From a virus (Duplodnaviria > Caudoviricetes), in the IMG/VR virus record IMGVR_UViG_3300021387_001774, positions 199,687 through 263,686 of that record: DNA of 64,000 bases, one strand, 5' to 3'. Made by a program: the position numbers and the translations under genes. The notes below the pieces were generated by a model. The model searched no databases and was not told where the DNA came from. It saw nothing but the letters and a program-made list of their open reading frames with translations. Shown here piece by piece: positions 30,501-40,316 of the stretch; position 1 is the stretch's first letter, and each line of letters starts with the position of its first letter.

Positions 30501-30561
30501 CAAGGATGTTGGTATGGGTAATGGTGATGGTGGTTCTAACGACGATAGTTTTAGTTGGTAA
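27529..30561 (+). CDS. probable portal protein
   Basis: 1010 aa; ALKCPVTITNPYQEEDFASLAASRNAEY...Q pattern resembles T4 gp20/phiKZ-type portals; late operon. Confidence 0.6.
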   Translation: MDKKKSNNDDPLNNETNNIIYADHYGLTPQFVKQNKDKIEDIEKRVKKSLQIDESSDDTKALYNTMGTMQKIIQKTYISDSFDNNLNITPKSPYSSFTTRDGMRMVYGDAENYEDNLLFSYHSSLFSNYRNLVSEYRNISRLINEVDRCADMKSRDILAINEITKKAITNVYQPESLDKNKNLPQNLINDPVNKALQEEILDRYEIEDKLPRYIKLSLIEGARPVAIFPFKDILDMANYNIELYRKNYGDFNLNEQKAERSGENYQEFLSSYCKRSHKIIPSQFYDNFNTFGSEDLHSTKEEAYRAKRDAIINKYVSTEEFREYVDRGREDVHSTLDKKEHERLVEIYGKNAMNTSDLIDDTKKEFEELHAKVKVDGSLSEHFKEQIFNAIKKLDDNIEFYDEGESSMAFAINNFRRLMQFTAYKEDPQMGLIAYGAVQQPSEKQKAKNPFYDQDNPDYKKGIAKSKKPKSILDEFDDFDQNSKSVMDDCLIKEYDAEDVIPVIVSGKHVGYYVIEMSPYTGNVESINKRNCNFTDMFLNLGMNNDVPLSPSPAVSGSFSSGVTSMPLGGTGPASEIGGLGVVGAGSTALAGGMDISGFETGLIGEDALRRNNIMKKIIFNVLKDKLNRKDIGDDESFTDTIMALIRDGAIIQNKVKIVYIPEKYMCYFTPGLDGNGIPQSFLKNCLFTCYEKILINMNNVMTRITRTTTRDMIKVNVGKAKNMGASIRSIENALTTRRLNVESPFTSLSRVLKAASLSETIVVPVFDGETLFEYEDLSTHNEPQTQDDYEEKLSNQIVTALKCPVTITNPYQEEDFASLAASRNAEYRFDIIRHQKIYTKTIEKMIKLLFVGSGLYDKLKKSGIKNISLKNIHVNLAPPESLNMQHANELFSTVSSYVENIIGVIINPDDSSETTNMQRWLFKQKLYQRFMPGIDFETFLNDANDLLDEARVKTVRQKQDDSINNELVNTTFEPVQLDDEGNPITRDDSNKDVGMGNGDGGSNDDSFSW

Positions 30562-30655
30562 TATTATAATAGTAAGAGGGATTTACTCCCTCTTACTTAT
30601 ATTAAAACTGTTCAAGATTATATATTATATTAATAGAATAAACTGAAAAAGAAGT

Positions 30656-30716
30656 ACCTGAGTAGGAGAAATGAAAGGGTCACCTAATGAATAGGTCTAC
30701 TATGCTATAGGGATAA
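30656..30716 (+). promoter_or_regulatory. conserved structured 5' leader RNA, copy B
   Basis: Nearly identical to copy A, with a compensated P2 (ACCTA/TAGGT). Confidence 0.8.
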
Positions 30717-30738
30717 ATTCATAACATAGGAGGAAAAT

Positions 30739-31485
30739 ATGGACGAAATGATTATTAGATGGAACAATGGAAAAATCAATTATGATGAATCTATTGGCGG
30801 AACATTCAAGATTGAATTGATTGCCAATACGTTTAAATTTAAACGTATTTCGGGATCAGCAATTCCAACTGATCAGTTGATTGGGTTCCTATGGTTCTGG
30901 CCTGGTCTTGAAAAGGCCAGAGAAAAGGCCAAGAATCTGCGGAGAATAAATCCGTGGAAAGTCAGTCGTAGAGATGGAATGTCGGGTTGTTCCGACTGGT
31001 ATATCCAGTTTTTGGATAGGCTCGGGTTCGTTAGAAAAACCAAGACCATCATCCATTCATCAATGAATGGAAAACAAAATGAGGACATAGATGTCTGGGT
31101 TAAAGACCTCTATGATGTTCTGTGGTGGATGAAGAAGGAAGGATGTTTTCCTTCTTCATTTGAAGGAGGACCTGATCCTGATTGTTTCGCATTTCTTGAT
31201 ATAACCGATGAGGTTATATCAAGACGAAAAGAATTCAACGAAGGTTCACTCGAACCTGAATGTGGGTTTGGATACGAGGAAGCGCTGATCGATGAAGATC
31301 TTCTTTATAAAGATCACTTAAATGACTATTCTAACTACACTCCTACTACTGAGGAGAAGGAGGAAGAGGTTGACGATAATGGGATCCGCCCCGTCGTTCC
31401 CGTCTCTTCTAACTATCGAGGAAAAGATGGGATCCGCCCCGTCGTTCCCGTCTCTTCTAAAGAGGATGAAGACGAATTTGTTTGA
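30739..31485 (+). CDS. hypothetical early cassette protein, acidic C-terminus with duplicated GIRPVVPVSS
   Basis: AGGAGG RBS; Trp-rich. Confidence 0.85.
   Translation: MDEMIIRWNNGKINYDESIGGTFKIELIANTFKFKRISGSAIPTDQLIGFLWFWPGLEKAREKAKNLRRINPWKVSRRDGMSGCSDWYIQFLDRLGFVRKTKTIIHSSMNGKQNEDIDVWVKDLYDVLWWMKKEGCFPSSFEGGPDPDCFAFLDITDEVISRRKEFNEGSLEPECGFGYEEALIDEDLLYKDHLNDYSNYTPTTEEKEEEVDDNGIRPVVPVSSNYRGKDGIRPVVPVSSKEDEDEFV
31379..31460 (+). repeat. 34-bp GC-rich direct repeat x2 (period 48)
   Basis: ATGGGATCCGCCCCGTCGTTCCCGTCTCTTCTAA at 31379 and 31427. Confidence 0.95.
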
Positions 31486-31501
31486 TTCCTAATCTTCTTA
31501 A

Positions 31502-31558
31502 ACAGTAAAACATCCTTATGGAGGTTTTCTGTACCGTATTTCTACGGTTTCTTTTTTT
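31502..31558 (+). terminator. conserved 3' double-hairpin trailer, copy 1
   Basis: ACAG-T-AAAAC...GTTTT-CTGT + ACCGTA/TACGGT + T tract; also at 46921 and 58459. Confidence 0.8.
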
Positions 31559-31602
31559 CTATAAAAATGACAACCCTATATACTAATTAATGAGGATTTG
31601 TT

Positions 31603-34600
31603 ATGAATGATATATTAACTGATGCGGTTAAACCGTTTAAATTGATACGTCCTAAAACAAATAAGGGTGAACCACATCCTCTTATTACATATACTAAACA
31701 ATTATCAGGAAACATTTTTTTTAATGTCGGATCTTCTACAGACGATATAAAGAATGGTCTTATGAATCTTTTTGGACCAAATGGAGCACAGAAATCTTTT
31801 AAGAGATATTATTATCCAAAAAAGATTGTATGGAAACCTTCACTTTATGTACAACCTAGAGAAGTAACGGTATTAAATCCAAAAGAAAAGACAGAATTTG
31901 TTATGAAAAATATTCCTAGGTTTAATGGTATGGTTAGAGATAGAGTAATAGATAATAGAAATCTTATTGTAGATTTTTCAGATCTTATCGCTAAAGCTGT
32001 ACCAACTGAAAGAATGTTTATGCAAAAACCTGATGTTCTTCAGTATGTAGAAAAGATTTATCCAGAAATTATTTGTTATGCTTTATTTAAGAATGATAAA
32101 CATGATACAAGTAAAGATATTGATGTAGAAGAGGGAACGGAAGCATTTACAGAAAAGGTATTTCAGTCTTCTTCAGTTATATCTATGGGTAAAACTGCTA
32201 TAGGTCTTGAACAAGCTGGATTTGATAAATTTATTATTTCTATTCCTTATACACTAAAAGCTACACGTTTCTTAACTCCTCAGTTCTTAAAAGGTTCTCT
32301 TCCTATACAACGTAACATGAAGATCAATCCAGATCTTATTTATCAATTATCTTTGATAAAGTTTGTTTATGAATGTTATGCTGCATACAATGGAGGAGCT
32401 TCTAGTTCTGAATTTGTTAAAGAAGTTATTAGACGTAATGTAGTATTCCATTTCTATTGTGAAACTGGTGTAGGTTTTACTATAAATTTAAGAGAACTTA
32501 AATCTTATCTCAGATATAATACAGATAGATTCCTTAAACTTTTTATAAATAGACTTAAAGTATTAACTATGTGTAATACTGGTGCTCTTAAAACTTCAGA
32601 TATCGATGAAATCGATAAAGATGAAGTTAATGAAGAGATAGAAGGATACTATAAGAAATCTTCTGATATTCTTGATGAAGAAAATAGTAATACTATAAAG
32701 TCTAAACTTAAAAAGACTTTTAAATCTATTCTTAAACATGATGATGTTTTAAAAACTATAGCTGATGCAAAAAATAAGAATGGGGAAGATGAAGTAATAG
32801 AATTCCCAGAAGAAGTACAAGATACTTCACATAAGATGGCTCATGGTATTGCTATAAAGAGTAAAGCAAAATATGATAAAGATTCTATGAATAAACTGGC
32901 AGATATTGAGAAACAGTTTAGTAATAAAAATACAACAATTGTTTCTCATGATAAAGAAGAAGCATCCGATATTACTCTTACAGATTCAGATTTTGATGAA
33001 ATTCTTAATAGTAACGATGGTGAAACTGAACAAGTTGATGAAACGGAAATCGATGATGAAAATCTCGTCGAAGAATCAAATAATACAGATGAATCAGATT
33101 TTTCTTTTGATGATGAAGATAAAGAATTTGATGAGATGTACGAATTTGATGAGACAGAAACTACGGATGATGACATAGAGGAAGAACCAGAATATGTAGA
33201 AATAAAACAACCTAAAACTGGTCCTATTAAACTAGAAAAAGTAGAAAATAAAGAAGTTTATAGAACACCTGCCGAACAGAAACGTTTGAATAATCTTAAA
33301 GAGAAATATAAATCTGTAGAGCTTAATGGTAAAAAGATTGAAGATATTATTGGTGATTCTTCTAAAATCGAATTAACTAAAAGTTCAGAGACTATCACAG
33401 ATAAACCAAAGACTAAAGATCAAGATACTATGAATATGAATCTTATGGATTTTCAACGTTCATATATTGAGAATAATTATCAATCCGATATAATTAATGC
33501 TGTACGTTCTCTTTCTATTAATAAAGAGAATCCTCTTTATATTACTGGTGCAAAAGTAAATGATTCTTCAGATCAGTTTAACGATCGTTATTCTTATGAG
33601 TTTACTCTAGAGGATGAGAATAAAAAGAAACATACGCTCAAGTTTGATATTCCAAAGATTGACGAAACTGGTAAGATGAAAATCAATGGTACAGAATATT
33701 ATCTTAAAAATCAGTTGATTAGAAAACCAATTGTTAAGATTGGTCCAGATAAAGTTTATGTAACTACTCAACTTAACTCTTTCCAAGTAATGCGTACTGG
33801 AATTATGCTAAATCGTGGTTCTGAAGTTATTCGAAAACTCTTTGGATTATATTTAGACGGTAAAGAAAATGTTATTGTAGAACGTGGTGATTGTGAATTG
33901 GATAATGCACCATATCTTACTACGCTCGAATATGATGTACTTGCTAAATCTTACTTTATGATTAAAATCAATAATGAAAAGAGTAAGTATGGTGAATATG
34001 TAGAGATATTCTTCTCACAGAAAGCTATTCGTGAACGTATAGAAAAGCATAGTATTAATACTGGATATAAAGATAATGTACTTCCAGATAATATCTTACC
34101 AATCGCTATTAACTATACGACAAAAACCCTTGTTACCATAGATATAAATCAAAATAATAGTGTTAATAGTACTATTATAGCATTATTGAATGAATATCTT
34201 AAAGATCCTCACTTATTGGAATTCGTTAAGAGTGTAAAGACTCCTAAGAAACGTCTTTCTACTAAAATAGAAATTCAGTCATTTACTGTACCTCTTATAG
34301 CTTTCTTGAATTATCTATTTGGATGGGATAGAGTTTCTAGTTATTTCAAAGAAAATGAAATAGAATTCTCTGATAAACTTATTAAGAATACTAATAAAAT
34401 GAGTATAAAGTTTTATGATGGGTATCTGTATTATAATCAGTATCCTATTCGTGGAGCTTTGTTCTTAAATGGTCTTACAGAAATAGATACAGAGAATTAT
34501 AAGTACGAAGATCTTAATAATCAAGGTCTATACATAAATTATACATATAATCGTTTTAAAACAAGAAACGTTGTTAAAGGTTGGATAACTGCTAAAGAGA

Positions 34601-36450
34601 ATATGCTCGATCTTAAGACATTACAGATTCTTGAAGCTCTTAAACTTCCTACAGATTTCTTGGAAATATTCTTGTATTGTAATGATCTTCTTGTGGATAA
34701 TCAATGTCCATCTGAATCAGATATTAGTAATTATAGACTTCGTTCTAATGAAATTGTATCTGAATGTTTATTTAAAGTACTTAATGATCATTATAACGTA
34801 TATAAGAAACGTTCTGGAAAGACAAATAAAATGTCTATTCCACCAGATGCAGTAATTTCTAAAGTACGTCAAACTGAAATTCTAGAAACATATAACTCTA
34901 TTTCTCCTGTAGGTGAAATTCGTGACTTTGGTATGACTACATTTAAAGGACCAGGTGGAACAAAAGTTGATCAAGCATTTACTCTTGGTAAGCGTGCTTT
35001 CGATAGTTCTTATTATGGTATCTTTGGTATGTCTACCCCAGATAACTCTAATGCTGGTGTTCAGAAAGAATTAACATTGAATCCGAATATTCAGAATACT
35101 TTAGGATTCTGTGCACCTATAGATAGAAATTCTAGGTCTATTACCAATCTTGCTCCAATTGGTGAAGCTATTATGCCATTCGTTACAGACTATGATGATC
35201 CTTCTCGTATTGCGTTTGCATCTATTCAGTCTAATCACGTTGGTGGTATGATGAATGCTTCATTACCTGTTGTAAGAACTGGTATAGAAAAGACTATTAA
35301 ATATCAAACAAGTGAATCGTTCGCTAAAGTAGCTAAAAAGAATGGTGTTATTTCTAGTATAGATGAAGTAGAAAAGAAAGTATATATAACTTATAAAGAT
35401 GGAACCAAAGATATAATAGATTATAAGAATGCGATGATGAAAAACTCTGATGCATTTAACCAAGCTGAGTATGAATGTTTCGTAAAGGTTGGTCAAAAAG
35501 TAGGTCCTAGAGATCTAATAGCTGGAGATGCAAGATTCTTCAAGAAAGATCCAATTACCAAAGAAATTATTTATACACAAGCTGTAAATGGTTTAGTAGC
35601 TATTACTGAAGGCTCTTATACAGAAGATGACTCTAGTTTGTTGTCTGCATCATTTGCTGATAAATTGGTTATAGACTTTACTAAACGTAAACAAATATCA
35701 CTAAAAGCTTCCGATACACTTATTGAATATAAAACTGTAGGTGAAAAAGTAAGTCTTGGTGATCCAATTATAGTATTTGATGAATCTGGTGCTTTCGAAG
35801 AAGAGCAAGATGATGAAGAAGATTCGATGTATAAGATGTTGTTTGATAATCTTGATAAAGAAACTTTGGCTCAAATGATTCACCAAACGCCAAAAGCTCC
35901 AATATCTGGTACTATTTCCGATATGAAAGTTTATTGGACAGTTCCTGTGAATAAATTGAGTAAGACTCTTGGTAATTTTGTCAAAGCATATATAAAGAAA
36001 ATAACTAAAGAAATAGTTGAAGAAGAAACATTTACAGGTAAACCATCACCTAAACGTAAACTTATTGATGTGACTAATGTTACAGCTGGTAGAGATCGTG
36101 TTAATGGATGTGAGGTTGATCCTGATGGTGCAGTAGTTATAGAATACTTTATTTCTCATGGAGATACAATGTCTGCTGGCGATAAAGTTTCATTAAACTC
36201 AGCACTTAAAACAGTTACTTCAACAGTAGTACCTAAAGGTCTAGAACCTTATAGCGAATCTGGTAAACGTATTGATGGTATATTTAGTTTGATCTCTGTA
36301 GATGCTCGTATGATTAATTCTGTTTGGTACACAGGTTGGTTAGGAAAGATTTTGTATGACTATTCAAAACGTTTTGCAAAGGAATTCTTAACAGAAATCG
36401 GTGCTGATATACCAAAAAATCCAAGAGATGTAACGGTTGTAAAAAAATAA
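31603..36450 (+). CDS. rpoB: phage RNA polymerase beta subunit (N-terminal/main part) with long N-terminal extension and acidic linker
   Basis: KINGTEY, STPDNSNAG, PFVTDYDDPSR, YTEDDS, GDKVS...K, RMINS; late promoter at 31569. Confidence 0.9.
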   Translation: MNDILTDAVKPFKLIRPKTNKGEPHPLITYTKQLSGNIFFNVGSSTDDIKNGLMNLFGPNGAQKSFKRYYYPKKIVWKPSLYVQPREVTVLNPKEKTEFVMKNIPRFNGMVRDRVIDNRNLIVDFSDLIAKAVPTERMFMQKPDVLQYVEKIYPEIICYALFKNDKHDTSKDIDVEEGTEAFTEKVFQSSSVISMGKTAIGLEQAGFDKFIISIPYTLKATRFLTPQFLKGSLPIQRNMKINPDLIYQLSLIKFVYECYAAYNGGASSSEFVKEVIRRNVVFHFYCETGVGFTINLRELKSYLRYNTDRFLKLFINRLKVLTMCNTGALKTSDIDEIDKDEVNEEIEGYYKKSSDILDEENSNTIKSKLKKTFKSILKHDDVLKTIADAKNKNGEDEVIEFPEEVQDTSHKMAHGIAIKSKAKYDKDSMNKLADIEKQFSNKNTTIVSHDKEEASDITLTDSDFDEILNSNDGETEQVDETEIDDENLVEESNNTDESDFSFDDEDKEFDEMYEFDETETTDDDIEEEPEYVEIKQPKTGPIKLEKVENKEVYRTPAEQKRLNNLKEKYKSVELNGKKIEDIIGDSSKIELTKSSETITDKPKTKDQDTMNMNLMDFQRSYIENNYQSDIINAVRSLSINKENPLYITGAKVNDSSDQFNDRYSYEFTLEDENKKKHTLKFDIPKIDETGKMKINGTEYYLKNQLIRKPIVKIGPDKVYVTTQLNSFQVMRTGIMLNRGSEVIRKLFGLYLDGKENVIVERGDCELDNAPYLTTLEYDVLAKSYFMIKINNEKSKYGEYVEIFFSQKAIRERIEKHSINTGYKDNVLPDNILPIAINYTTKTLVTIDINQNNSVNSTIIALLNEYLKDPHLLEFVKSVKTPKKRLSTKIEIQSFTVPLIAFLNYLFGWDRVSSYFKENEIEFSDKLIKNTNKMSIKFYDGYLYYNQYPIRGALFLNGLTEIDTENYKYEDLNNQGLYINYTYNRFKTRNVVKGWITAKENMLDLKTLQILEALKLPTDFLEIFLYCNDLLVDNQCPSESDISNYRLRSNEIVSECLFKVLNDHYNVYKKRSGKTNKMSIPPDAVISKVRQTEILETYNSISPVGEIRDFGMTTFKGPGGTKVDQAFTLGKRAFDSSYYGIFGMSTPDNSNAGVQKELTLNPNIQNTLGFCAPIDRNSRSITNLAPIGEAIMPFVTDYDDPSRIAFASIQSNHVGGMMNASLPVVRTGIEKTIKYQTSESFAKVAKKNGVISSIDEVEKKVYITYKDGTKDIIDYKNAMMKNSDAFNQAEYECFVKVGQKVGPRDLIAGDARFFKKDPITKEIIYTQAVNGLVAITEGSYTEDDSSLLSASFADKLVIDFTKRKQISLKASDTLIEYKTVGEKVSLGDPIIVFDESGAFEEEQDDEEDSMYKMLFDNLDKETLAQMIHQTPKAPISGTISDMKVYWTVPVNKLSKTLGNFVKAYIKKITKEIVEEETFTGKPSPKRKLIDVTNVTAGRDRVNGCEVDPDGAVVIEYFISHGDTMSAGDKVSLNSALKTVTSTVVPKGLEPYSESGKRIDGIFSLISVDARMINSVWYTGWLGKILYDYSKRFAKEFLTEIGADIPKNPRDVTVVKK

Positions 36451-36486
36451 AAAAAAACTAGTGGGTCTATACCCACTAGTTTTTAT

Positions 36487-36804
36487 CTACGCTTCTTCCC
36501 AAACAGAGTAGTCACGTTCACCATCATCAACATACGAAGAATTACTGTTATTAACAGAATCTTTTTCATTTGGATATTTAATCTTATATTTATTGTATTC
36601 AGTTAAACCATAACATATTGAATCTAATATTGATTTAGAAACGTTAGAAATCGTTTCTAGTTTATTTTCAATAATTTTTGTAATTTTTTCTTCATCTTTG
36701 GTTATAAAATCTAAAGTTGATTTTACATCTTCTTTAGATATTTCTGATCCATCAGAATTCAATATCTCGATAATGTGACCATGTTCATCTCTAGTTATTT
36801 TCAT
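36487..36804 (-). CDS. hypothetical early protein
   Basis: GGAG RBS; early promoter 36870-36856 on the minus strand. Confidence 0.75.
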   Translation of the reverse strand: MKITRDEHGHIIEILNSDGSEISKEDVKSTLDFITKDEEKITKIIENKLETISNVSKSILDSICYGLTEYNKYKIKYPNEKDSVNNSNSSYVDDGERDYSVWEEA

Positions 36805-37098
36805 AGTATAACTCCATAAAATATAAATAGTAGAGTTATTTCTAACTCTCCATTTATATAATATGTAAATAAAAAAAGAGCGGTAGGCTTATCCTACCGC
36901 TTATTTGTTTTATAATTAAAACAAATCATTAAATCATAGAGTGATTATAAATTCCTGGGAGGGGAAAACAAGATGGCTATTTCACATGTTTAACAAAAAG
37001 AAACTTGTGTAACGATTCCACTCTAAAAATCGTAGGGCCTAACCATCTATATTTATATATTCACATATTTATATAAAATTAAATTTATAGGAGATATT

Positions 37099-37575
37099 AT
37101 GGATGAAGAATTCAAAATTTCGAAAAAGCTTATTATTGCTTGCTGTGTTACTATTGTTCTTTGTATCGGGTCTTTCTGCGCAGGCAGATACATCCGATTT
37201 GGAAGAATTTCAGGAACTAGCCAGCAGCTTATCGACGGAATCGTACTTAGCAGAGAAACAGCAGATAAACTCGCTAATGAGCTTAATATTGCAGGAGCTT
37301 CGCTCAAGTCCTCAGAAAACTATGGACAAACAATCCTTGAAGGAATTGGAGAATTACGAAAAGCTAGTGAAGTCGGCAGATTATGCTCAGATGCCATTAA
37401 GCTCTCAATTGAAAGAGATGCGGAAAACAATGAAAATCTACTCCAAGCTAGAGGAGACTATTTCGAATCAGTCGACTATGCTATCGAGTTGGCAGCTCAA
37501 CGTGCTGAATTATATGAGCAAATTGTTCGAACATATGAACAGGCTGTCTCAGATAATGGAAAAAATAGTTACTAG
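37099..37575 (+). CDS. N-terminal TM + coiled-coil protein (i-spanin/Rz-like)
   Basis: KKLIIACCVTIVLCIGSFCAGRY then a helical periplasmic-type domain; AGGAG RBS. Confidence 0.65.
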   Translation: MDEEFKISKKLIIACCVTIVLCIGSFCAGRYIRFGRISGTSQQLIDGIVLSRETADKLANELNIAGASLKSSENYGQTILEGIGELRKASEVGRLCSDAIKLSIERDAENNENLLQARGDYFESVDYAIELAAQRAELYEQIVRTYEQAVSDNGKNSY

Positions 37576-37909
37576 TCAAAATCAGGACATGGGTCTAGCT
37601 ATTGATGAACTAAATAAGGCTTTATCTGATGCTGAATTTCTAAAAACGCATTTAAACACTATGGAGATTTTAGCTAGAAATCAAGCAGAAGAAATAGCAG
37701 CACTAAATAAACGATATAAAGGTTTAAAGAGAGTTAGAATCGGAAGTCTTTGTGTTGGTGGTGCTGGTTTAGTTATAGGTCTTACTGGTTATTTTGTAGA
37801 GAAAAACAGTAGTTCTGAAGATTTAGGTAAAATGATGATGATTGGTGGTGCTACAGCTTTGGGTTGTAGTGCAGCAACATTTGGACTAAGTTTTAGTATT
37901 CCGTTTTAA
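37103..37909 (+). CDS. overprinted exported coiled-coil protein with C-terminal hydrophobic hairpin
   Basis: Signal peptide MKNSKFRKSLLLLAVLLLFFVSGLSAQA; two C-terminal Gly-rich hydrophobic helices ending FSIPF. Confidence 0.7.
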   Translation: MKNSKFRKSLLLLAVLLLFFVSGLSAQADTSDLEEFQELASSLSTESYLAEKQQINSLMSLILQELRSSPQKTMDKQSLKELENYEKLVKSADYAQMPLSSQLKEMRKTMKIYSKLEETISNQSTMLSSWQLNVLNYMSKLFEHMNRLSQIMEKIVTSQNQDMGLAIDELNKALSDAEFLKTHLNTMEILARNQAEEIAALNKRYKGLKRVRIGSLCVGGAGLVIGLTGYFVEKNSSSEDLGKMMMIGGATALGCSAATFGLSFSIPF

Positions 37910-38041
37910 AATAAAGATGGGGTATATTTACCCCATCTTTTTTATTTATATATTATATTAATGAAAGATTCGTTGTATCTTATTATAATAATTATTGAAG
38001 TAGAGATGATACTACTATAAACATAAGGAAGGAATTGGAAT

Positions 38042-38479
38042 ATGACTAAAGAAGAAAAGAAAGAATGTATGAAGAAGTATCGTGAAACTCATAAAGAACA
38101 GATCAAAGCTCAGAATAAGAGGTATTATGATACTCATAAAGATAAAAGCAAAAAATATTATAAAAATAATAAAGATAAAATTATTGAACAGACTAAGAAA
38201 CGCTATGAATCTACTAAAGAACTAGTTTTAAAATTTAATAAATATCGACGATATTTTTATAAGAAATTTTATAGGTTTATTACTTTAAAGAATTATATTA
38301 TTATAATGAAACTAGAAGATGAATCATTAAAACGTTCTATTATGGCTAAGTTAGGTCATGGCATCATAGATCAAGATGAAGCAGTAGCATTATCAGGTAT
38401 GATATTTACAAAAGATGATCTGAAAGAAATGAATGAGTGGCTTTATAATGTCTGTAGATGTAAAAGTAATTTATCTTGA
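38042..38479 (+). CDS. basic K/Y-repeat protein, paralog of 56392..56886
   Basis: KKYRETHK-type repeats; shared C-terminus NY.IIMKL.D.SLKRSIM.KLG.G.I..DEAV.LSGM. Confidence 0.85.
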   Translation: MTKEEKKECMKKYRETHKEQIKAQNKRYYDTHKDKSKKYYKNNKDKIIEQTKKRYESTKELVLKFNKYRRYFYKKFYRFITLKNYIIIMKLEDESLKRSIMAKLGHGIIDQDEAVALSGMIFTKDDLKEMNEWLYNVCRCKSNLS

Positions 38480-38565
38480 TCTATAAATAAAGGTAGTCTT
38501 TAGACTACCTTTATTTTTTTATTCTATATTGAAGACAAACCTATATATTTTATAGGAGAATTACT

Positions 38566-39504
38566 ATGGTTAATAATTATATTGCTAAAGAAGATATGCT
38601 TATAGTAAGTGATGATGATCTTACTTCTTCTAATGGAAAAATTACTAAAACTGTTATGAATGGTGTAAGTGATTGTGCAAGTCTTATTAATGCTATCGAA
38701 AATTACAATGATACTAATAAACTTGGTCTAGGAAAACGTGTCAATTATGCAGTTTCTACAGGAATAACATACATTTCTGTATTAAGAGCTTATCCTGTAG
38801 GTGCTTCACATATGTGTATTATTGGATGGGATAGTAATGGTAAATCTGTTGCCACATTTGATGTTAATAATACACAAACTAATCTTATGACAAGTTTGTC
38901 TACACATTTGATTCCAAATGATAAGATTCATGATGTTGTATTAGGTTCTTGTGATCCTGATAAACTTACAGATATTATTAATACATTTAAAACTAAAGAT
39001 GATATTGATGAGAGAACATTGCTCGATATTCTTGAAAGACTTTATCAAGATATTACTGATTATATTACTTCTAATAACTATAGAGGTGCTATTGAGATCT
39101 TTAATTATACTATGAAATCCAATAACCTCAATGATTATGATTATCATCACAAACGTAGAGCATATAATAAATATGTCGATGTTTATGTTAAATATATTAC
39201 TATTCTTAAAGATATCGTTATGGAATACAATGAATGGTCAAAAACAAAAGATCATGATCTTGCTGTATTTAAGAAAGTAAGATTAGTTGATTTTGTTGAA
39301 ACTGAAGATGATATCGATACGCTTGTTAGAAATAAACATGAATACGAATATGGTACATCTGTTTATGATATGCAGTATGACAGTTGGAAAGCAGAAGTTC
39401 TTCAGAAGACATTTACTGTAGACGAAGTAGAGACTTTCAAACAATGTATCGATTATGAACATATGAGTTTTGATCCAGCTGGTAATCCTATCTGGAAAAA
39501 CTAA
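38566..39504 (+). CDS. hypothetical late protein
   Basis: AGGAG RBS; late promoter at 38534. Confidence 0.8.
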   Translation: MVNNYIAKEDMLIVSDDDLTSSNGKITKTVMNGVSDCASLINAIENYNDTNKLGLGKRVNYAVSTGITYISVLRAYPVGASHMCIIGWDSNGKSVATFDVNNTQTNLMTSLSTHLIPNDKIHDVVLGSCDPDKLTDIINTFKTKDDIDERTLLDILERLYQDITDYITSNNYRGAIEIFNYTMKSNNLNDYDYHHKRRAYNKYVDVYVKYITILKDIVMEYNEWSKTKDHDLAVFKKVRLVDFVETEDDIDTLVRNKHEYEYGTSVYDMQYDSWKAEVLQKTFTVDEVETFKQCIDYEHMSFDPAGNPIWKN

Positions 39505-39637
39505 ATATTATATAAAAGTTACTGGGATTTGTTCCCAGTAACTTTATATTAAACTTGTTGAAGAAATAATCAAATATATATTATATTTATGAAAGATACG
39601 TTGTATCTTATTGAATATATGAAGAGGAGTAATCAAT

Positions 39638-39877
39638 ATGAATAAAACCGAAACTGATCCGTACTATGAAGAAAAATTGAAAAACTCTATTGAAAATTTT
39701 AAAAAATGGTGCTTAAACAACCCAACATGTATTGGAAAAGGTTGTTGTCAAGATTGTACACATTTGATCGATCCTAAACGATATGGAGAATGTTCTGGTC
39801 CTCCATTAGATAGGAACGAATTGTGTGAACCAGGTTATCAACAATTTAAGGAGAAAAATAATGAAGAAGGAAAATAA
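39638..39877 (+). CDS. small Cys-rich early protein
   Basis: GAGGAG RBS; 7 Cys. Confidence 0.7.
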   Translation: MNKTETDPYYEEKLKNSIENFKKWCLNNPTCIGKGCCQDCTHLIDPKRYGECSGPPLDRNELCEPGYQQFKEKNNEEGK

Positions 39878-40208
39878 AGAAATATTAGAACGGATAAAAC
39901 TTGTTATTAAACAATACGATAAAATGGGGGTAACACTTGATTCATTTTTAATTGGTGGTAGAGAAACCGATTATTTTGATGAAAAAGAAAAAGAATTGAA
40001 AATCCCATCTGTAGAATCAATTTACTGTTCAGGTTATATTGATTCTGAAAGTGTTGGACATTTACATCCACAAATATTAATGAGTAAATTTCAATTATAT
40101 AATGAATCTGTTAATAGTCTTATAAATGGAGCACTTGGTAAAGAAAATAATGAATTTTCTAAATCTACATTTTTAAGAACTACTGGGATTAAACGTATCG
40201 ACGATTAA
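39861..40208 (+). CDS. hypothetical protein (start ATG 39861)
   Basis: AAGGAG RBS. Confidence 0.75.
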   Translation: MKKENKEILERIKLVIKQYDKMGVTLDSFLIGGRETDYFDEKEKELKIPSVESIYCSGYIDSESVGHLHPQILMSKFQLYNESVNSLINGALGKENNEFSKSTFLRTTGIKRIDD

Positions 40209-40316
40209 TTGAAAGAATAGAAGGGTGCTGCCATCCACCCTTCTTTTTTTATTTTTTTCTTAAATATATATTATAAGAAAGATACTTACAATAAAATATC
40301 TATAAAGGAGTAAATT

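Noticed and set aside
31379-31460. 34-bp direct repeat as a mini-CRISPR
   Set aside because: Only two copies, a 14-nt spacer, in frame inside a CDS, and no cas genes; an intragenic duplication.
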